NCBI GenBank assembly: GCA_021731625.1 | Contig: JAKFXC010000046.1 | Span: forward strand, 1-55,726 | DNA from: Candidatus Omnitrophota bacterium | GTDB lineage: Bacteria; Omnitrophota; Gorgyraeia; Zapsychrales; Fredricksoniimonadaceae | Direction: 5' to 3' | Length of the DNA: 55,726 nucleotides | Shown: in pieces, positions 20,782-29,772 of the stretch | Layout of the letters: the number at the start of each line of letters is the position of its first letter | How positions within the stretch are numbered: position 1 is the first letter of the stretch | Notes under the pieces: model-generated | Told to the model about the DNA's origin: nothing | Databases searched by the model: none | Seen by the model: the letters and a program-made list of their open reading frames with translations, nothing else | Position numbers and translations under genes: made by a program

Positions 20782-23700
20782 ATGTATATATGGCGGAACT
20801 TATATTTTCTTCTGCATAGGTTTATTCTGGTTGCCTTTTTCGCGACTTCCATGCCTATGCCTAACGTGTTGGCAGGGGAGCTTGCTCTGCCCCCGTCGAG
20901 CACTGCTCCACGAAGTGGCCCCCTTGTGGGGTCGCTGCCGGCGCCTGGCACCAGGGTCAACTTAAGCGCGGCTTTTGTTCCCGCGCATTTAACGGGAATC
21001 ACCGTCCATGCCGAAAATCCTCTGCAGTTTGATTTTCTAATACATAAAGGCGAAGGCAATTTAAGCCCGGAGCAAAAACAAGAGGAGTACACCAAACTGA
21101 TCAAGTATTTTTTGGCCTCGCTGACCGTGCCGGACCAGGACCAATGGGTCAATTTGTCTCCCTATGAAAAACAACGCATCATCAACGATAATTTTGGCAA
21201 GACCGAAATGGGCCGGGACCTTTTAGGCCAGGATTATTTGTTAAAGCAAATCACCTCATCGCTTATGTACCCGGAGTCTGGCTTGGGAAAATCTTTTTGG
21301 GACAAAGTTTATGCCAAATCCTACCAAAAGTACGGGCATACCAATATTCCGGTCAATACGTTTAACAAGGTGTGGATTGTGCCGGATGAAGCAGCGGTGT
21401 ATGAAAGCGGCAATACCGTTTACGTGTTAAAAAGTCATTTTCGGGTGATGTTAGAGGAGGACTACATCGCGAAAGCAACACTGCACACATCACCGCATAC
21501 CCTGGCAGGGCCATCTGCCCAAGTTGTGAGAGAAGTGATTCTCCCTGAGATTGAAAGGGAAGTCAATGAAGGCAAAAACTTTGCCCCCTTGCGCCAGGTT
21601 GTCAGTGGGATGATTTTAGCTGCCTGGTATAAAAAAGCCCTAAAAGAAACCCTGCTGGGCAAGGTCTACGCGGACCAAGCCAAAGTCAAAGGGGTGGACC
21701 AAGACCCCAAAACCAATGAGCGGATCTATCAAAACTACCTCGCTGCTTTTAAAAAAGGCGTATACAACTACATCAAGGAAGATTTTGACAAATACAGCAA
21801 ACAGGTCATCCCCAGAAAATATTTCGCGGGAGGATTTGTCGGCAGGGCAGTGGGCGAGGTCATGACGCGCTTCAATGACGAGAATCAACCCAGCCGGGCC
21901 ATGACCGCGGCGGTGGAGAACGACTTTGCCCAAGATTCTATTGAAAACGTTGAGGCCGTATTTGAAGGTTTTGCTGCCACACCGCTCTCCTTAAACCTGT
22001 TCCATAGTAGGACGTGGGAGCAATCTAAGCAGCGCATACAGTCTTTGATTAATGGCAACAATCGCAATCAAAACAGCATAAAGGCATACAAAGAATTCGA
22101 CGTGTTTTTAAAAAGAGGTGATTTTAAAGGGGCGGTGGCCTATTACGAAGCTGCCACGGACCCCTTGTTTAAGGCCTCTGAACCTATACGGGCTTATTAT
22201 GATTTGTCCCTGAATCGGCTGCTGTATTTAAAAATAAATCCCCGCAACGACGAGGACAGAAAATCAGACCCAATAAATCCTCTAGAGCAAATCAGAAAAA
22301 ATTCAAAGGACGTATATACAGAACGAGATTATCCGGATTTATCCGTAGGGCTTCCCACGGCCACAAAAAATTTAGGTGTTTTGGCCATTGAATTGCTGGT
22401 CTTAATGAGCAAATCCGAGAGAACGCAGGAGGAGAATGGGCGGATTAATTATCTTCGGGAATTGTTTCCAAAATATTTGCCGGAAGTGGATTTGAACTCC
22501 GATGACTTGCTGGAAACTTTGGAAGCGACGGCCATTAAATATTTGCAAGAATCGACCCAAGGATATATTAAGGCCTTTAAACAACTGCCACTTAATGATT
22601 ATCCCGGAAGCAATATTGTGCGCAATTTGGTTTATCGGCCCACGGAACTTATGCCTCAGGCCATACAATGGGCCAGGCTGGTGCGCCAAGTGTCCTTACG
22701 TTCAAATCCGCATGATTTTTGGACGCGGGCGAATCTATTAGAAACGGCCATTGTTTTATCGGACGACCGGAGTCCGGTTAGAGTGCAAGCCCAAAAGGAA
22801 TTTGAGGCGAGGCTAAATGATTTGGTCTCAACAGTGCGCAGGAAAGAGGCGTTTAGCCAGCCGGATTTAGAATCCTTGATGGACCATTTAGAGCGATGGG
22901 ATAAACTAAATCAAATGCGTGGAATAGAGAACAGCAGACTAAAAACAGCCATTGATCAACTAAAGGAAGCTCGGCGATGGCAAGGGCCAATTCCCGAGGC
23001 TGCGGAGTTAGAGGGGATGGCGTATCTAGAAGACCATATCTATAGCTTAAATCGTTATCGTTTGTTGGGGGTATTTCCGCAAAATATGGCCAAAGCGGGC
23101 ATTATTCCGGATATTGTCAGGAATTACGCCGACCAGATGCTGATTCGCTATTTTATGAGAAATTATAAAGACAACGGCGTGGGGCTCATGGATATGGGGG
23201 ACGAACAGGCCATCAAAGCCATTCTCGACTATGTTGAAACAAGGTTTGGATTGGTGGACCCGGGAACAAGAAAAAGGATCATGGAGGATCCCAATGGTCC
23301 CGCGCATCGAAAATTTGATGAACGAGCGAAAGCAGCGCCAAAGGTATTTGGAGTCAATGGTTCGGGGAATTCGGACACAAACTTAATGACCTTGCTGGCA
23401 TTAGGGTTAGGAGATTGCCGGGTGGCCAATTTTGTTTTTTCATCCTTGGTCCAGGGGTATTTTAAATACCGCGATGTCATGAACAATATATATCCTTTAA
23501 TTGCCATGATAGAACGCGGCCCCGAGGCTGCAGGAGTTTTTCATGCACAATTGGATGGACTGAATGGGAAATACCGGGAGTTTGATATCATGCAAGGTTA
23601 TATTCAGGGGAATTTGCAAAAGGAAGGATATGGTTTAAGAATAAATAAAGAGCAACAGCGGCCCGTGTTAGGGAACAAAGAATTAGGAGGAGAAGATTCA

Positions 23701-24339
23701 CGGCTGGAGAGCCATACTTTAACAGCTGAGATGAAACGCGATAATGACGGAAGAATTTTTAAAATCATTTTAAAAGATATTTGGTATAAGGATCGATACA
23801 ATTTACGAGACGTGGAAATTGATATCACGGATGAAGTATTAGAGAATTTGAAAAACGAAGGATTTCTCATCCCAACACCGGTGAAGGCATATGATGAGGA
23901 AAAGAGGGAACAAGTTGAAATTTATGTTCATTTTAAATTGGCGCCGTATTCGCAATACACGGGTAAACTTGCTGCCGAGACTGATGCCAATCAAGTTCAT
24001 TTTTATGGCAACATTGTAGATGAGACTGGTTTATATGCTTTGCTTGTGGATTCCGAAGCTTCCGAAACATGGAGAGGATCGGTTTTCGAATTGCTGGATA
24101 AATATATTGCAGCGGGTCAAGGTAATGCAGCGATGATTGGCACTGAGACGACCGGAGGTATCGATTTAAACGCCGCTAATTTGACGAATTTCCAAATCAA
24201 ACGCGACGGCAAAGGTGTGATCTTACCGCTGCGGGAACAAGACCTGGCCCAGTTCGGCCAGGTGCCGGGTTTTATTCCTCGGATCATTGAAATCCGGCCC
24301 GCCGCCAGGAGCAAGGTGCCATTCTTAAACATTAAGTAG
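20782..24339 (+). CDS. Paralog P3 (most divergent member). Its variable core carries a transglutaminase-like Cys/His/Asp signature.
   Basis: The N-block LPAPGTRVNLS..NPLQFDFLI..WVNLSPYEKQR..TEMGRDLLGQDYLLKQITSSLMYPE..NTFNKVWIVPD..RVMLEEDY..GKNFAPLRQV..KVYADQAKVKGVD..FKKGVYNYIKE..RKYFAGG is collinear with P1/P2/P4. The tail is NAAMIGTETTGGIDLN... The start is uncertain (ATG 20764 or 20782). Confidence 0.88.
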   Translation: MYIWRNLYFLLHRFILVAFFATSMPMPNVLAGELALPPSSTAPRSGPLVGSLPAPGTRVNLSAAFVPAHLTGITVHAENPLQFDFLIHKGEGNLSPEQKQEEYTKLIKYFLASLTVPDQDQWVNLSPYEKQRIINDNFGKTEMGRDLLGQDYLLKQITSSLMYPESGLGKSFWDKVYAKSYQKYGHTNIPVNTFNKVWIVPDEAAVYESGNTVYVLKSHFRVMLEEDYIAKATLHTSPHTLAGPSAQVVREVILPEIEREVNEGKNFAPLRQVVSGMILAAWYKKALKETLLGKVYADQAKVKGVDQDPKTNERIYQNYLAAFKKGVYNYIKEDFDKYSKQVIPRKYFAGGFVGRAVGEVMTRFNDENQPSRAMTAAVENDFAQDSIENVEAVFEGFAATPLSLNLFHSRTWEQSKQRIQSLINGNNRNQNSIKAYKEFDVFLKRGDFKGAVAYYEAATDPLFKASEPIRAYYDLSLNRLLYLKINPRNDEDRKSDPINPLEQIRKNSKDVYTERDYPDLSVGLPTATKNLGVLAIELLVLMSKSERTQEENGRINYLRELFPKYLPEVDLNSDDLLETLEATAIKYLQESTQGYIKAFKQLPLNDYPGSNIVRNLVYRPTELMPQAIQWARLVRQVSLRSNPHDFWTRANLLETAIVLSDDRSPVRVQAQKEFEARLNDLVSTVRRKEAFSQPDLESLMDHLERWDKLNQMRGIENSRLKTAIDQLKEARRWQGPIPEAAELEGMAYLEDHIYSLNRYRLLGVFPQNMAKAGIIPDIVRNYADQMLIRYFMRNYKDNGVGLMDMGDEQAIKAILDYVETRFGLVDPGTRKRIMEDPNGPAHRKFDERAKAAPKVFGVNGSGNSDTNLMTLLALGLGDCRVANFVFSSLVQGYFKYRDVMNNIYPLIAMIERGPEAAGVFHAQLDGLNGKYREFDIMQGYIQGNLQKEGYGLRINKEQQRPVLGNKELGGEDSRLESHTLTAEMKRDNDGRIFKIILKDIWYKDRYNLRDVEIDITDEVLENLKNEGFLIPTPVKAYDEEKREQVEIYVHFKLAPYSQYTGKLAAETDANQVHFYGNIVDETGLYALLVDSEASETWRGSVFELLDKYIAAGQGNAAMIGTETTGGIDLNAANLTNFQIKRDGKGVILPLREQDLAQFGQVPGFIPRIIEIRPAARSKVPFLNIK

Positions 24340-24452
24340 GGACAAGCCCCTATGATAAAAATAGGAAAAATAGGGGCCAGCCCCCTATTTCGTCTGGGTA
24401 CAATTGCCGGGCACAGCTTAAAAAATTAGAAATAGGGGGCTGGCCCCTATTT
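24336..24452. repeat. Composite REP-like array after P3: one degenerate unit, one partial unit, and an inverted pair of exact family-B units.
   Basis: gtagggacaagcccctat (24336-24353, contains the P3 stop TAG 24337-24339). aaataggggccagccccctattt (24368-24390). Exact inverted copy at 24430-24452 with a 39-nt spacer, followed by ttttatttt. Confidence 0.8.
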
Positions 24453-24458
24453 TTATTT

Positions 24459-24467
24459 TGTTATAAT
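24459..24467 (+). promoter_or_regulatory. Extended -10 promoter element TGTTATAAT for the Gln-rich protein / glpK operon.
   Basis: TG (24459-24460), t, then TATAAT (24462-24467). The only in-frame start (GTG 24473) is 6 nt downstream, and an in-frame TAA lies at 24467-24469. Confidence 0.5.
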
Positions 24468-24472
24468 AAGTC

Positions 24473-25999
24473 GTGATTTTTCTTCTTGTCCTCCCGGTTT
24501 TACTGCTCTATTACCCTTCCCAGGCCCATGCCGCGGCTGTGGTTCAGCAGCAGCAACAAATCCAGGCCCAGCAGGAAGCGGCCTATCAGCAAGCCTATCA
24601 GCAAGCCATCGCCGAGAAACAGGCCGCGGAAATGCAGGCCTATCAGCAGGCGGTGGCCGAATACCAAGCCCAGGCCGTCCAATATCAGGCCGCCCAGATG
24701 GAAGCGGCCCGCCAGTACCTCGCCCAGCAGCAAGCCCAGGCGTTAATCGCCCAGCAAATGGCCCAAGTCATGCAGCAAAGACAAATGGAGGAAGTGCAGT
24801 TAAACATGCTCAAGCAGGCGGTGGAGCAGGCCCTGGCCCAGCAAATTGCCGTGCAGATCCAGCAGAAAGCCGCGGTGGAAATTCAGCAGGGCATGGTGAT
24901 GCAGGCCGTGCAGCAAGCGGTGGGGCAATTGGGCATGCAGGCCTATGTCAACGAAGCGATGCAGCAGCAGGTCGCGGCCCGCATGATGGTCGAAACCCAA
25001 GCCATCGCGGCCCAATACCAGGCCGCACAACTTCAGGCTGCCCGTGAATACATCATGCAGCAGCAGGTGCAGGCGGTGGTGGTCGCGGAAGTGGCCAAGT
25101 TTATGCAACAACAGCAGATTTCCGCCGTGCAGCAGGGTGTTTTGCAGCAAGCGGTGGGCGAGATTTTAATCCGACAAGTGGCGGGTCAAATTCAAAACAA
25201 GACCGCCGTGCAAATCCAGCAGCAAATGATTCAAAATGCCGTTAGTGAGGCCGCCGCCCGCATGGGTTTGGCCGCGGCCCAGAATGCCGCGCTGCAAAAA
25301 CGCGTCGGCGCGCAATATCAGGCGGCGCAAATGCAAGCCGCCTATCAATTCCTCGCCCAGCAACAAATGCGGGACCAGATTGCCGCCGGGGTCAACCAAT
25401 ATGCTCAACAGCTCAATGTGCAAGGGGCGCAAAAGGAAATGCTCAGCAAAGCTGCTGAGGGGATTTTAGCTAATCAAGTGGCGGCGCAAATACAAGCTAA
25501 CCAGATCGCCCAAATTCAAGGGGTCATGATCGCCCGCGCGGTTGCCGAAGCGGCGCAAATTTTAGGGATGCAGCAAGCCATGGCCGAAAGCCAGGCCGCC
25601 GGGGTGCTGGCCGCCGGCGCCAAGGCCCGCGACCAGGCTCTGGGTGATGACGTGCGCGAGATCGTCGACATTTCGCAAGTCTGGAAAAAACTTGAGAGCA
25701 GCAGCAAAGCGTGGGGCTTGTTGATTGACAACCAAGCCAAGGTCATGACGGTCAATGAATTTATTGAACGCTGGCGCAAACAAGGCGTCAAGATCCGCAA
25801 ACCCGGCTCCGTATATGCGCAAATGATCGATGACATGACGTCCCAAAGCCCGGACGCCCTGGCCAATCCTTTTCCTCAAATCATGCAGATGATTGCGGTG
25901 ATGGAATACGATTTTGACAACGGCATGGACCGCGACAAGTTGGCCCGCCAAATTTTAGGGCCTTCCTACGAAAACAATAAACGGCGTTTAGGCAGATAA
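24473..25999 (+). CDS. Secreted Gln/Ala-rich repeat protein with a non-repetitive C-terminal domain.
   Basis: Hydrophobic N-terminus ..LLVLPVLLLYYPSQAHA|AAVV. About 390 aa dominated by Q and A follow, with three degenerate units of about 100-113 aa, each opening (A)QYQAAQ(M/L)(E/Q)AA(R/Y)(Q/E)(Y/F) (near nt 24680, 25020, 25310). A normal-composition C-domain of about 115 aa ends the protein. The stop overlaps the glpK ATG (TAATG). Confidence 0.75.
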   Translation: MIFLLVLPVLLLYYPSQAHAAAVVQQQQQIQAQQEAAYQQAYQQAIAEKQAAEMQAYQQAVAEYQAQAVQYQAAQMEAARQYLAQQQAQALIAQQMAQVMQQRQMEEVQLNMLKQAVEQALAQQIAVQIQQKAAVEIQQGMVMQAVQQAVGQLGMQAYVNEAMQQQVAARMMVETQAIAAQYQAAQLQAAREYIMQQQVQAVVVAEVAKFMQQQQISAVQQGVLQQAVGEILIRQVAGQIQNKTAVQIQQQMIQNAVSEAAARMGLAAAQNAALQKRVGAQYQAAQMQAAYQFLAQQQMRDQIAAGVNQYAQQLNVQGAQKEMLSKAAEGILANQVAAQIQANQIAQIQGVMIARAVAEAAQILGMQQAMAESQAAGVLAAGAKARDQALGDDVREIVDISQVWKKLESSSKAWGLLIDNQAKVMTVNEFIERWRKQGVKIRKPGSVYAQMIDDMTSQSPDALANPFPQIMQMIAVMEYDFDNGMDRDKLARQILGPSYENNKRRLGR

Positions 26000-27483
26000 T
26001 GTCCGCGCACATTTTAAGCATTGACCAGGGCACGACGGGTTCCAGGGCGTTTGTGTTTGACCGCAAGGGACGTGTCGTCGGGAAGGCCTACCAGGAATTT
26101 AAACAGCATTACCCGCAACCTGGATGGGTTGAGCACGATGCCCAGGAAATTTGGGCGTCGGTGGCGGACGTGGTGCGCCGGGCCATTCAAAAGAGCGGCA
26201 TAGCATCAGGCTCGATCGCCGCCATCGGCATCACCAATCAGCGCGAGACCACGGTTGTGTGGGACCGTTCGACGGGAAAACCGCTGCATCGCGCCGTTGT
26301 CTGGCAAGACCGGCGCACGGCAGGCTATTGCGCGGGCCCGGGGCTACGTCGGCATCACGGGTATGTCCATTCGGCCACAGGGCTGCGCCTTGATCCGTAT
26401 TTCTCAGCGACGAAACTCCATTGGTTGCTTAAACATGTCGCCGGGCTGAAAGCCAAGGCCCGGGCCGGCCGGGTGTGTTTTGGGACCATTGATTCCTGGC
26501 TGATGTATAACTTGACGGGCGGGGCGACGCATGCGACGGATGCCACCAATGCTTCGCGCACGCTGCTGTTTAATATCCGCGCCAAGCAATGGGACCGTCG
26601 GCTGCTGGATATTTTTGGCGTGCCGGCCGGCATTTTGCCGCAGGTTTTTCCGTCGGGGCATGAGTTTGGCCGCAGCGTTGCGGTCGCCGGTCTTAAGGCA
26701 GGGACTCCGATTTTGGCAGTCATGGGAGACCAACAGGCGGCCCTCTACGGCCAGGGGTGTTTTGAACCAGGTATGGTCAAGAATACGTACGGCACCGGAT
26801 GCTTTATGGTGTTAAATACCGGCCAGCAGCTGCGCCTTTCCCGGCGGGGACTTTTGTCGACGATTGCGTCCGATGCCAGAGGCCAGGCCGTGTACGCGCT
26901 GGAGGGGTCGGTCTTTATTGCCGGGGCCGTGGTGCAATGGTTAAGGGATGAATTGAAGGCCATCCCCGATTCCGCCTCGACGGAAAAAGCCATTTCCGCT
27001 GTCAAGGACACTGCGGGGGTTTATTTTGTTCCGGCGTTTGTGGGGCTGGGCGCGCCGCATTGGGATCCACAGGCCAGGGGGATCATCACTGGCCTCACCC
27101 GAGGTGCCAATGTGAACCATATCATCCGGGCAGCGGTGGAATCCATCGCCTATCAAACCAAGGATGTCTTTGATTTGATGGAGCAGGAATCGAAACTCAA
27201 GATCAGATCTTTAGCCGTGGATGGCGGTGCTTGCCGCAATAATTTTTTGATGCAATTTCAGGCTGATCTCTTGGCGAGTGCCATTGTGCGTCCTAAAATG
27301 GTGGACACCACTGTCACCGGCACCGCACACTTGGCCGGGGTCATGGCCGGGATTTGGTCGGTGAAAGATTTGGCCGGGATGCGAGGGGTGGACAAAGTAT
27401 TCCGACCTGCGATGTCCAAAAAATCCGCACAGGAGAAATACGAAGGCTGGCAAAAAGCAGTTGTCCGTGCGCTAAAGGTATGA
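25999..27483 (+). CDS. glpK: Glycerol kinase.
   Basis: ILSIDQGTTGSRAFVFD.., ..ITNQRETTVVWD.., ..VWQDRRTA.., ..DPYFSATKL.WLL.., ..GDQQAALYGQ.. are canonical FGGY/GlpK motifs. Confidence 0.95.
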   Translation: MSAHILSIDQGTTGSRAFVFDRKGRVVGKAYQEFKQHYPQPGWVEHDAQEIWASVADVVRRAIQKSGIASGSIAAIGITNQRETTVVWDRSTGKPLHRAVVWQDRRTAGYCAGPGLRRHHGYVHSATGLRLDPYFSATKLHWLLKHVAGLKAKARAGRVCFGTIDSWLMYNLTGGATHATDATNASRTLLFNIRAKQWDRRLLDIFGVPAGILPQVFPSGHEFGRSVAVAGLKAGTPILAVMGDQQAALYGQGCFEPGMVKNTYGTGCFMVLNTGQQLRLSRRGLLSTIASDARGQAVYALEGSVFIAGAVVQWLRDELKAIPDSASTEKAISAVKDTAGVYFVPAFVGLGAPHWDPQARGIITGLTRGANVNHIIRAAVESIAYQTKDVFDLMEQESKLKIRSLAVDGGACRNNFLMQFQADLLASAIVRPKMVDTTVTGTAHLAGVMAGIWSVKDLAGMRGVDKVFRPAMSKKSAQEKYEGWQKAVVRALKV

Positions 27484-27923
27484 AGAAACTTGTTCCTATT
27501 TTTATGGTTGCGGTGGTTGCTTTAGGATTTTTTAAGGTCTTTTCTAAGCACCAAGTGCTTACACCGTTAAAGCTGGAAATAGACAATAAGATTGAAGAGG
27601 TACTTAAAGAGGGCAAGGACAGAAGGGTGTCTTTTATTAATTCGGATGGTGACACCTTCCTTGTTCTCAGTCCGCCATATCAAATTATATCCGACAAGGG
27701 ACAGGGGATTTTTTTACAAGCAACAAAAGCTATGCAGTATGAAGTCGATGCCAAAGAAAATGGACATTTGTTTTTAATCAGAAAGGGGCGTGTTCTGGCC
27801 CACGCCATACTTTCGAACCATGCGACTCCTATCTATGGATTTAGCAATAACTCTAAAATAAACGTACTCATTAGCCGAACAGAAACAAGCGGTCGGCCGG
27901 TGCGAATAGAATTAACTAAATGA
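27480..27923 (+). CDS. Hypothetical membrane-anchored or secreted protein (orphan, AT-rich).
   Basis: The ATG at 27480 overlaps the glpK stop (ATGA). N-terminal MKKLVPIFMVAVVALGFFKVF. No recognisable domain. Visibly lower GC than both neighbours. Confidence 0.6.
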   Translation: MKKLVPIFMVAVVALGFFKVFSKHQVLTPLKLEIDNKIEEVLKEGKDRRVSFINSDGDTFLVLSPPYQIISDKGQGIFLQATKAMQYEVDAKENGHLFLIRKGRVLAHAILSNHATPIYGFSNNSKINVLISRTETSGRPVRIELTK

Positions 27924-28234
27924 CTCCTAAATATAAGCGTATGCTGACAGGAATGTTGCGTAAAGAGAAGTCCGCGCGAAAGCAGCACAAGCGCGAATGG
28001 GCGGTGTACGTCCTGCGCTGCAGCGACGGGAGTTTATACACGGGCATTGCCAAGGACGTGGCGCAGCGTCTAAAAAGCCACAATGCCGGCACCGGCGCCA
28101 AATACACCAAGACCCGCCGGCCGGTGGGTGTCGTGTACCAACAAAACTCCATGACCCGCCCGCGGGCCTTGAGCCGCGAATATGCCATTAAACGGATGTC
28201 CAAATTGAACAAGGAAAAACTGGTTGCCGCGTGA
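27920..28234 (+). CDS. Small GIY-YIG nuclease-domain protein (UPF0213/YhbQ-like).
   Basis: WAVYVLRCSDGSLYTGIAKDVAQRLKSHNAG.GAKYTKTRRPV..VY.. is the GIY-YIG core. An ATGA overlap joins it to the previous gene. Confidence 0.8.
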   Translation: MTPKYKRMLTGMLRKEKSARKQHKREWAVYVLRCSDGSLYTGIAKDVAQRLKSHNAGTGAKYTKTRRPVGVVYQQNSMTRPRALSREYAIKRMSKLNKEKLVAA

Positions 28235-29772
28235 ATCCTCGTTACTTGTCGCGTTTTAGCAATAAGAATTTTGACCTCTTAGTCGTCGGAGGAGGCATCA
28301 ACGGCGCGGCCATCGCCAACCTCGCGGCCAGCCTGGGCTTAAGCGTTGCTTTGGTTGAGAAAAACGATTGGGCGTCGGGAACCTCCAGCAAATCCACCAA
28401 GCTCCTGCACGGCGGCATCCGCTACCTGGAAAATTTTGAATTTGATTTGGTGGCGGAATCGCTGAAGGAACGGCACATCCAGTGGAAGTCCGTCCCGCAT
28501 TTGGTCAAACCCATGCGTTTTATTGTGCCCGTGTATCGTGGCGTGGGCCGCCCGTTGTGGATGATGAAGCTTGGGGTCTGGCTGTATGATTTCTTGAGCG
28601 GTAAATATAGTTTGGGTTCGCATGGGCATTTGTCCCTCGAGGAAATGGCACGCGTGTCACCGGGGATCCGGAAAGAAGGCCTGCTCGGCGGGGTTTCTTA
28701 CTTCGATGCTCAAATGGACGATGCACGGATCTGTCTGGAAAATGTGCTCATGGCCCGCAAGCGGGGGGCCCAGGTGGCCAATTATTGCGAAGTGACGGAT
28801 TTCTTAAAAGAGAATGGCCGCACCGTCGGGGTCCGGTTGTATGATGCCATCCTGCAGGATGCCTGTGAGGTGAGGGCCAACAACATTGTGGTGGCGGCGG
28901 GGCCATGGGCGGATTTCGTGCGGCACAAAGACACTCCGCGCAGCCGCAGCCGTTTGCGCACCACCAAGGGGGTGCACGTGGTGTTGCGGGGCAATGGCGG
29001 CCAGGACGCGTTTTTATTGCAGAGCCTCAAAGACAAGAGGATCTTTTTCATGATCCCTTTTTGGGGGAACCGCTTGATCGGCACCACCGACACCGACTAT
29101 GCCGAACGCCCTGACGATGTGCGCACCGACCAGCAGGACCTTGATTATTTATTGTCTCAGGCCCGGCAATTTTTCCCCAAAATGGATTTTTCTTTGTCGC
29201 AAGTGATTTGCACCTTTGCCGGGTTGCGGCCGCTGGTGCACGAACACGGATCGCCGTCGAAGATCTCGCGCAAACATGTGATTGAACGCAACTATTCCGG
29301 CGTTTATTATGTTATGGGCGGCAAATACACAACGTACCGCGCCATTGCGTTGGATTGCGTTAGAGAAGTCTTTCCGCGATCCAAAGATCGGCTGCCCGTT
29401 TCCGAATCCTATAAGCTGTATGGCAGCGGCCTGGGGCAGGTGGATTTAAAGTCCGAGGCGGCGCGTTACGGAGTGGATACGGACATCGTCAGCCACTTGA
29501 TGTCCCTCTACGGCAGCCGCTTTGTCGACGTGTTGCATCTGGTCCGGCTGGATCCGTCGCTTAAGGCCAAGATTTGCCCATGCGGGCCGGTGATTCGGGC
29601 TCAAATCGTGTATTCGATCGATACGGAAATGGCCGCATCCGTCGAAGATATTTATGTGCGCCGTTTGGGGTTGGGGTATCAGGACTGCCCGACCCAGCAG
29701 TGCCTGCGGGAAATCACTCAAATTTTGAAAAAGAAAGGATTTCTGAATGAAAAGAATTATCAAAACCGATAA
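28231..29772 (+). CDS. glpD: FAD-dependent glycerol-3-phosphate dehydrogenase.
   Basis: DLLVVGGGINGAAIA.., ..GTSSKSTKLLHGGIRYLE.., ..YFDAQMDDARI.. and a C-terminal GlpD-type helical domain. The GTG start overlaps the previous stop. Confidence 0.92.
   Translation: MNPRYLSRFSNKNFDLLVVGGGINGAAIANLAASLGLSVALVEKNDWASGTSSKSTKLLHGGIRYLENFEFDLVAESLKERHIQWKSVPHLVKPMRFIVPVYRGVGRPLWMMKLGVWLYDFLSGKYSLGSHGHLSLEEMARVSPGIRKEGLLGGVSYFDAQMDDARICLENVLMARKRGAQVANYCEVTDFLKENGRTVGVRLYDAILQDACEVRANNIVVAAGPWADFVRHKDTPRSRSRLRTTKGVHVVLRGNGGQDAFLLQSLKDKRIFFMIPFWGNRLIGTTDTDYAERPDDVRTDQQDLDYLLSQARQFFPKMDFSLSQVICTFAGLRPLVHEHGSPSKISRKHVIERNYSGVYYVMGGKYTTYRAIALDCVREVFPRSKDRLPVSESYKLYGSGLGQVDLKSEAARYGVDTDIVSHLMSLYGSRFVDVLHLVRLDPSLKAKICPCGPVIRAQIVYSIDTEMAASVEDIYVRRLGLGYQDCPTQQCLREITQILKKKGFLNEKNYQNR

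Noticed and set aside
24473-25650. Repetitive cag/gcc-rich DNA that might be a tandem repeat array or a CRISPR-like structure.
   Set aside because: There are no exact direct repeats with unique spacers. The periodicity is at the protein level (units of about 100 aa) within one long open frame. Antisense ORFs here (24500-24733, 24800-25150, 25166-25432) are low-complexity shadows.
26320-26380. A possible compensated frameshift in glpK. The frame-0 peptide GYCAGPGLRRHHGYVHSA is atypical, while the +1 frame reads ..AIARARGYVGITG.., vaguely like other GlpK loops.
   Set aside because: The segment length matches canonical GlpK exactly, the flanking motifs (WQDRRTA / TGL.LDPYFS) are in frame, and the conserved Cys is retained. 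I judged it a variable loop, though read-level inspection could revisit this.
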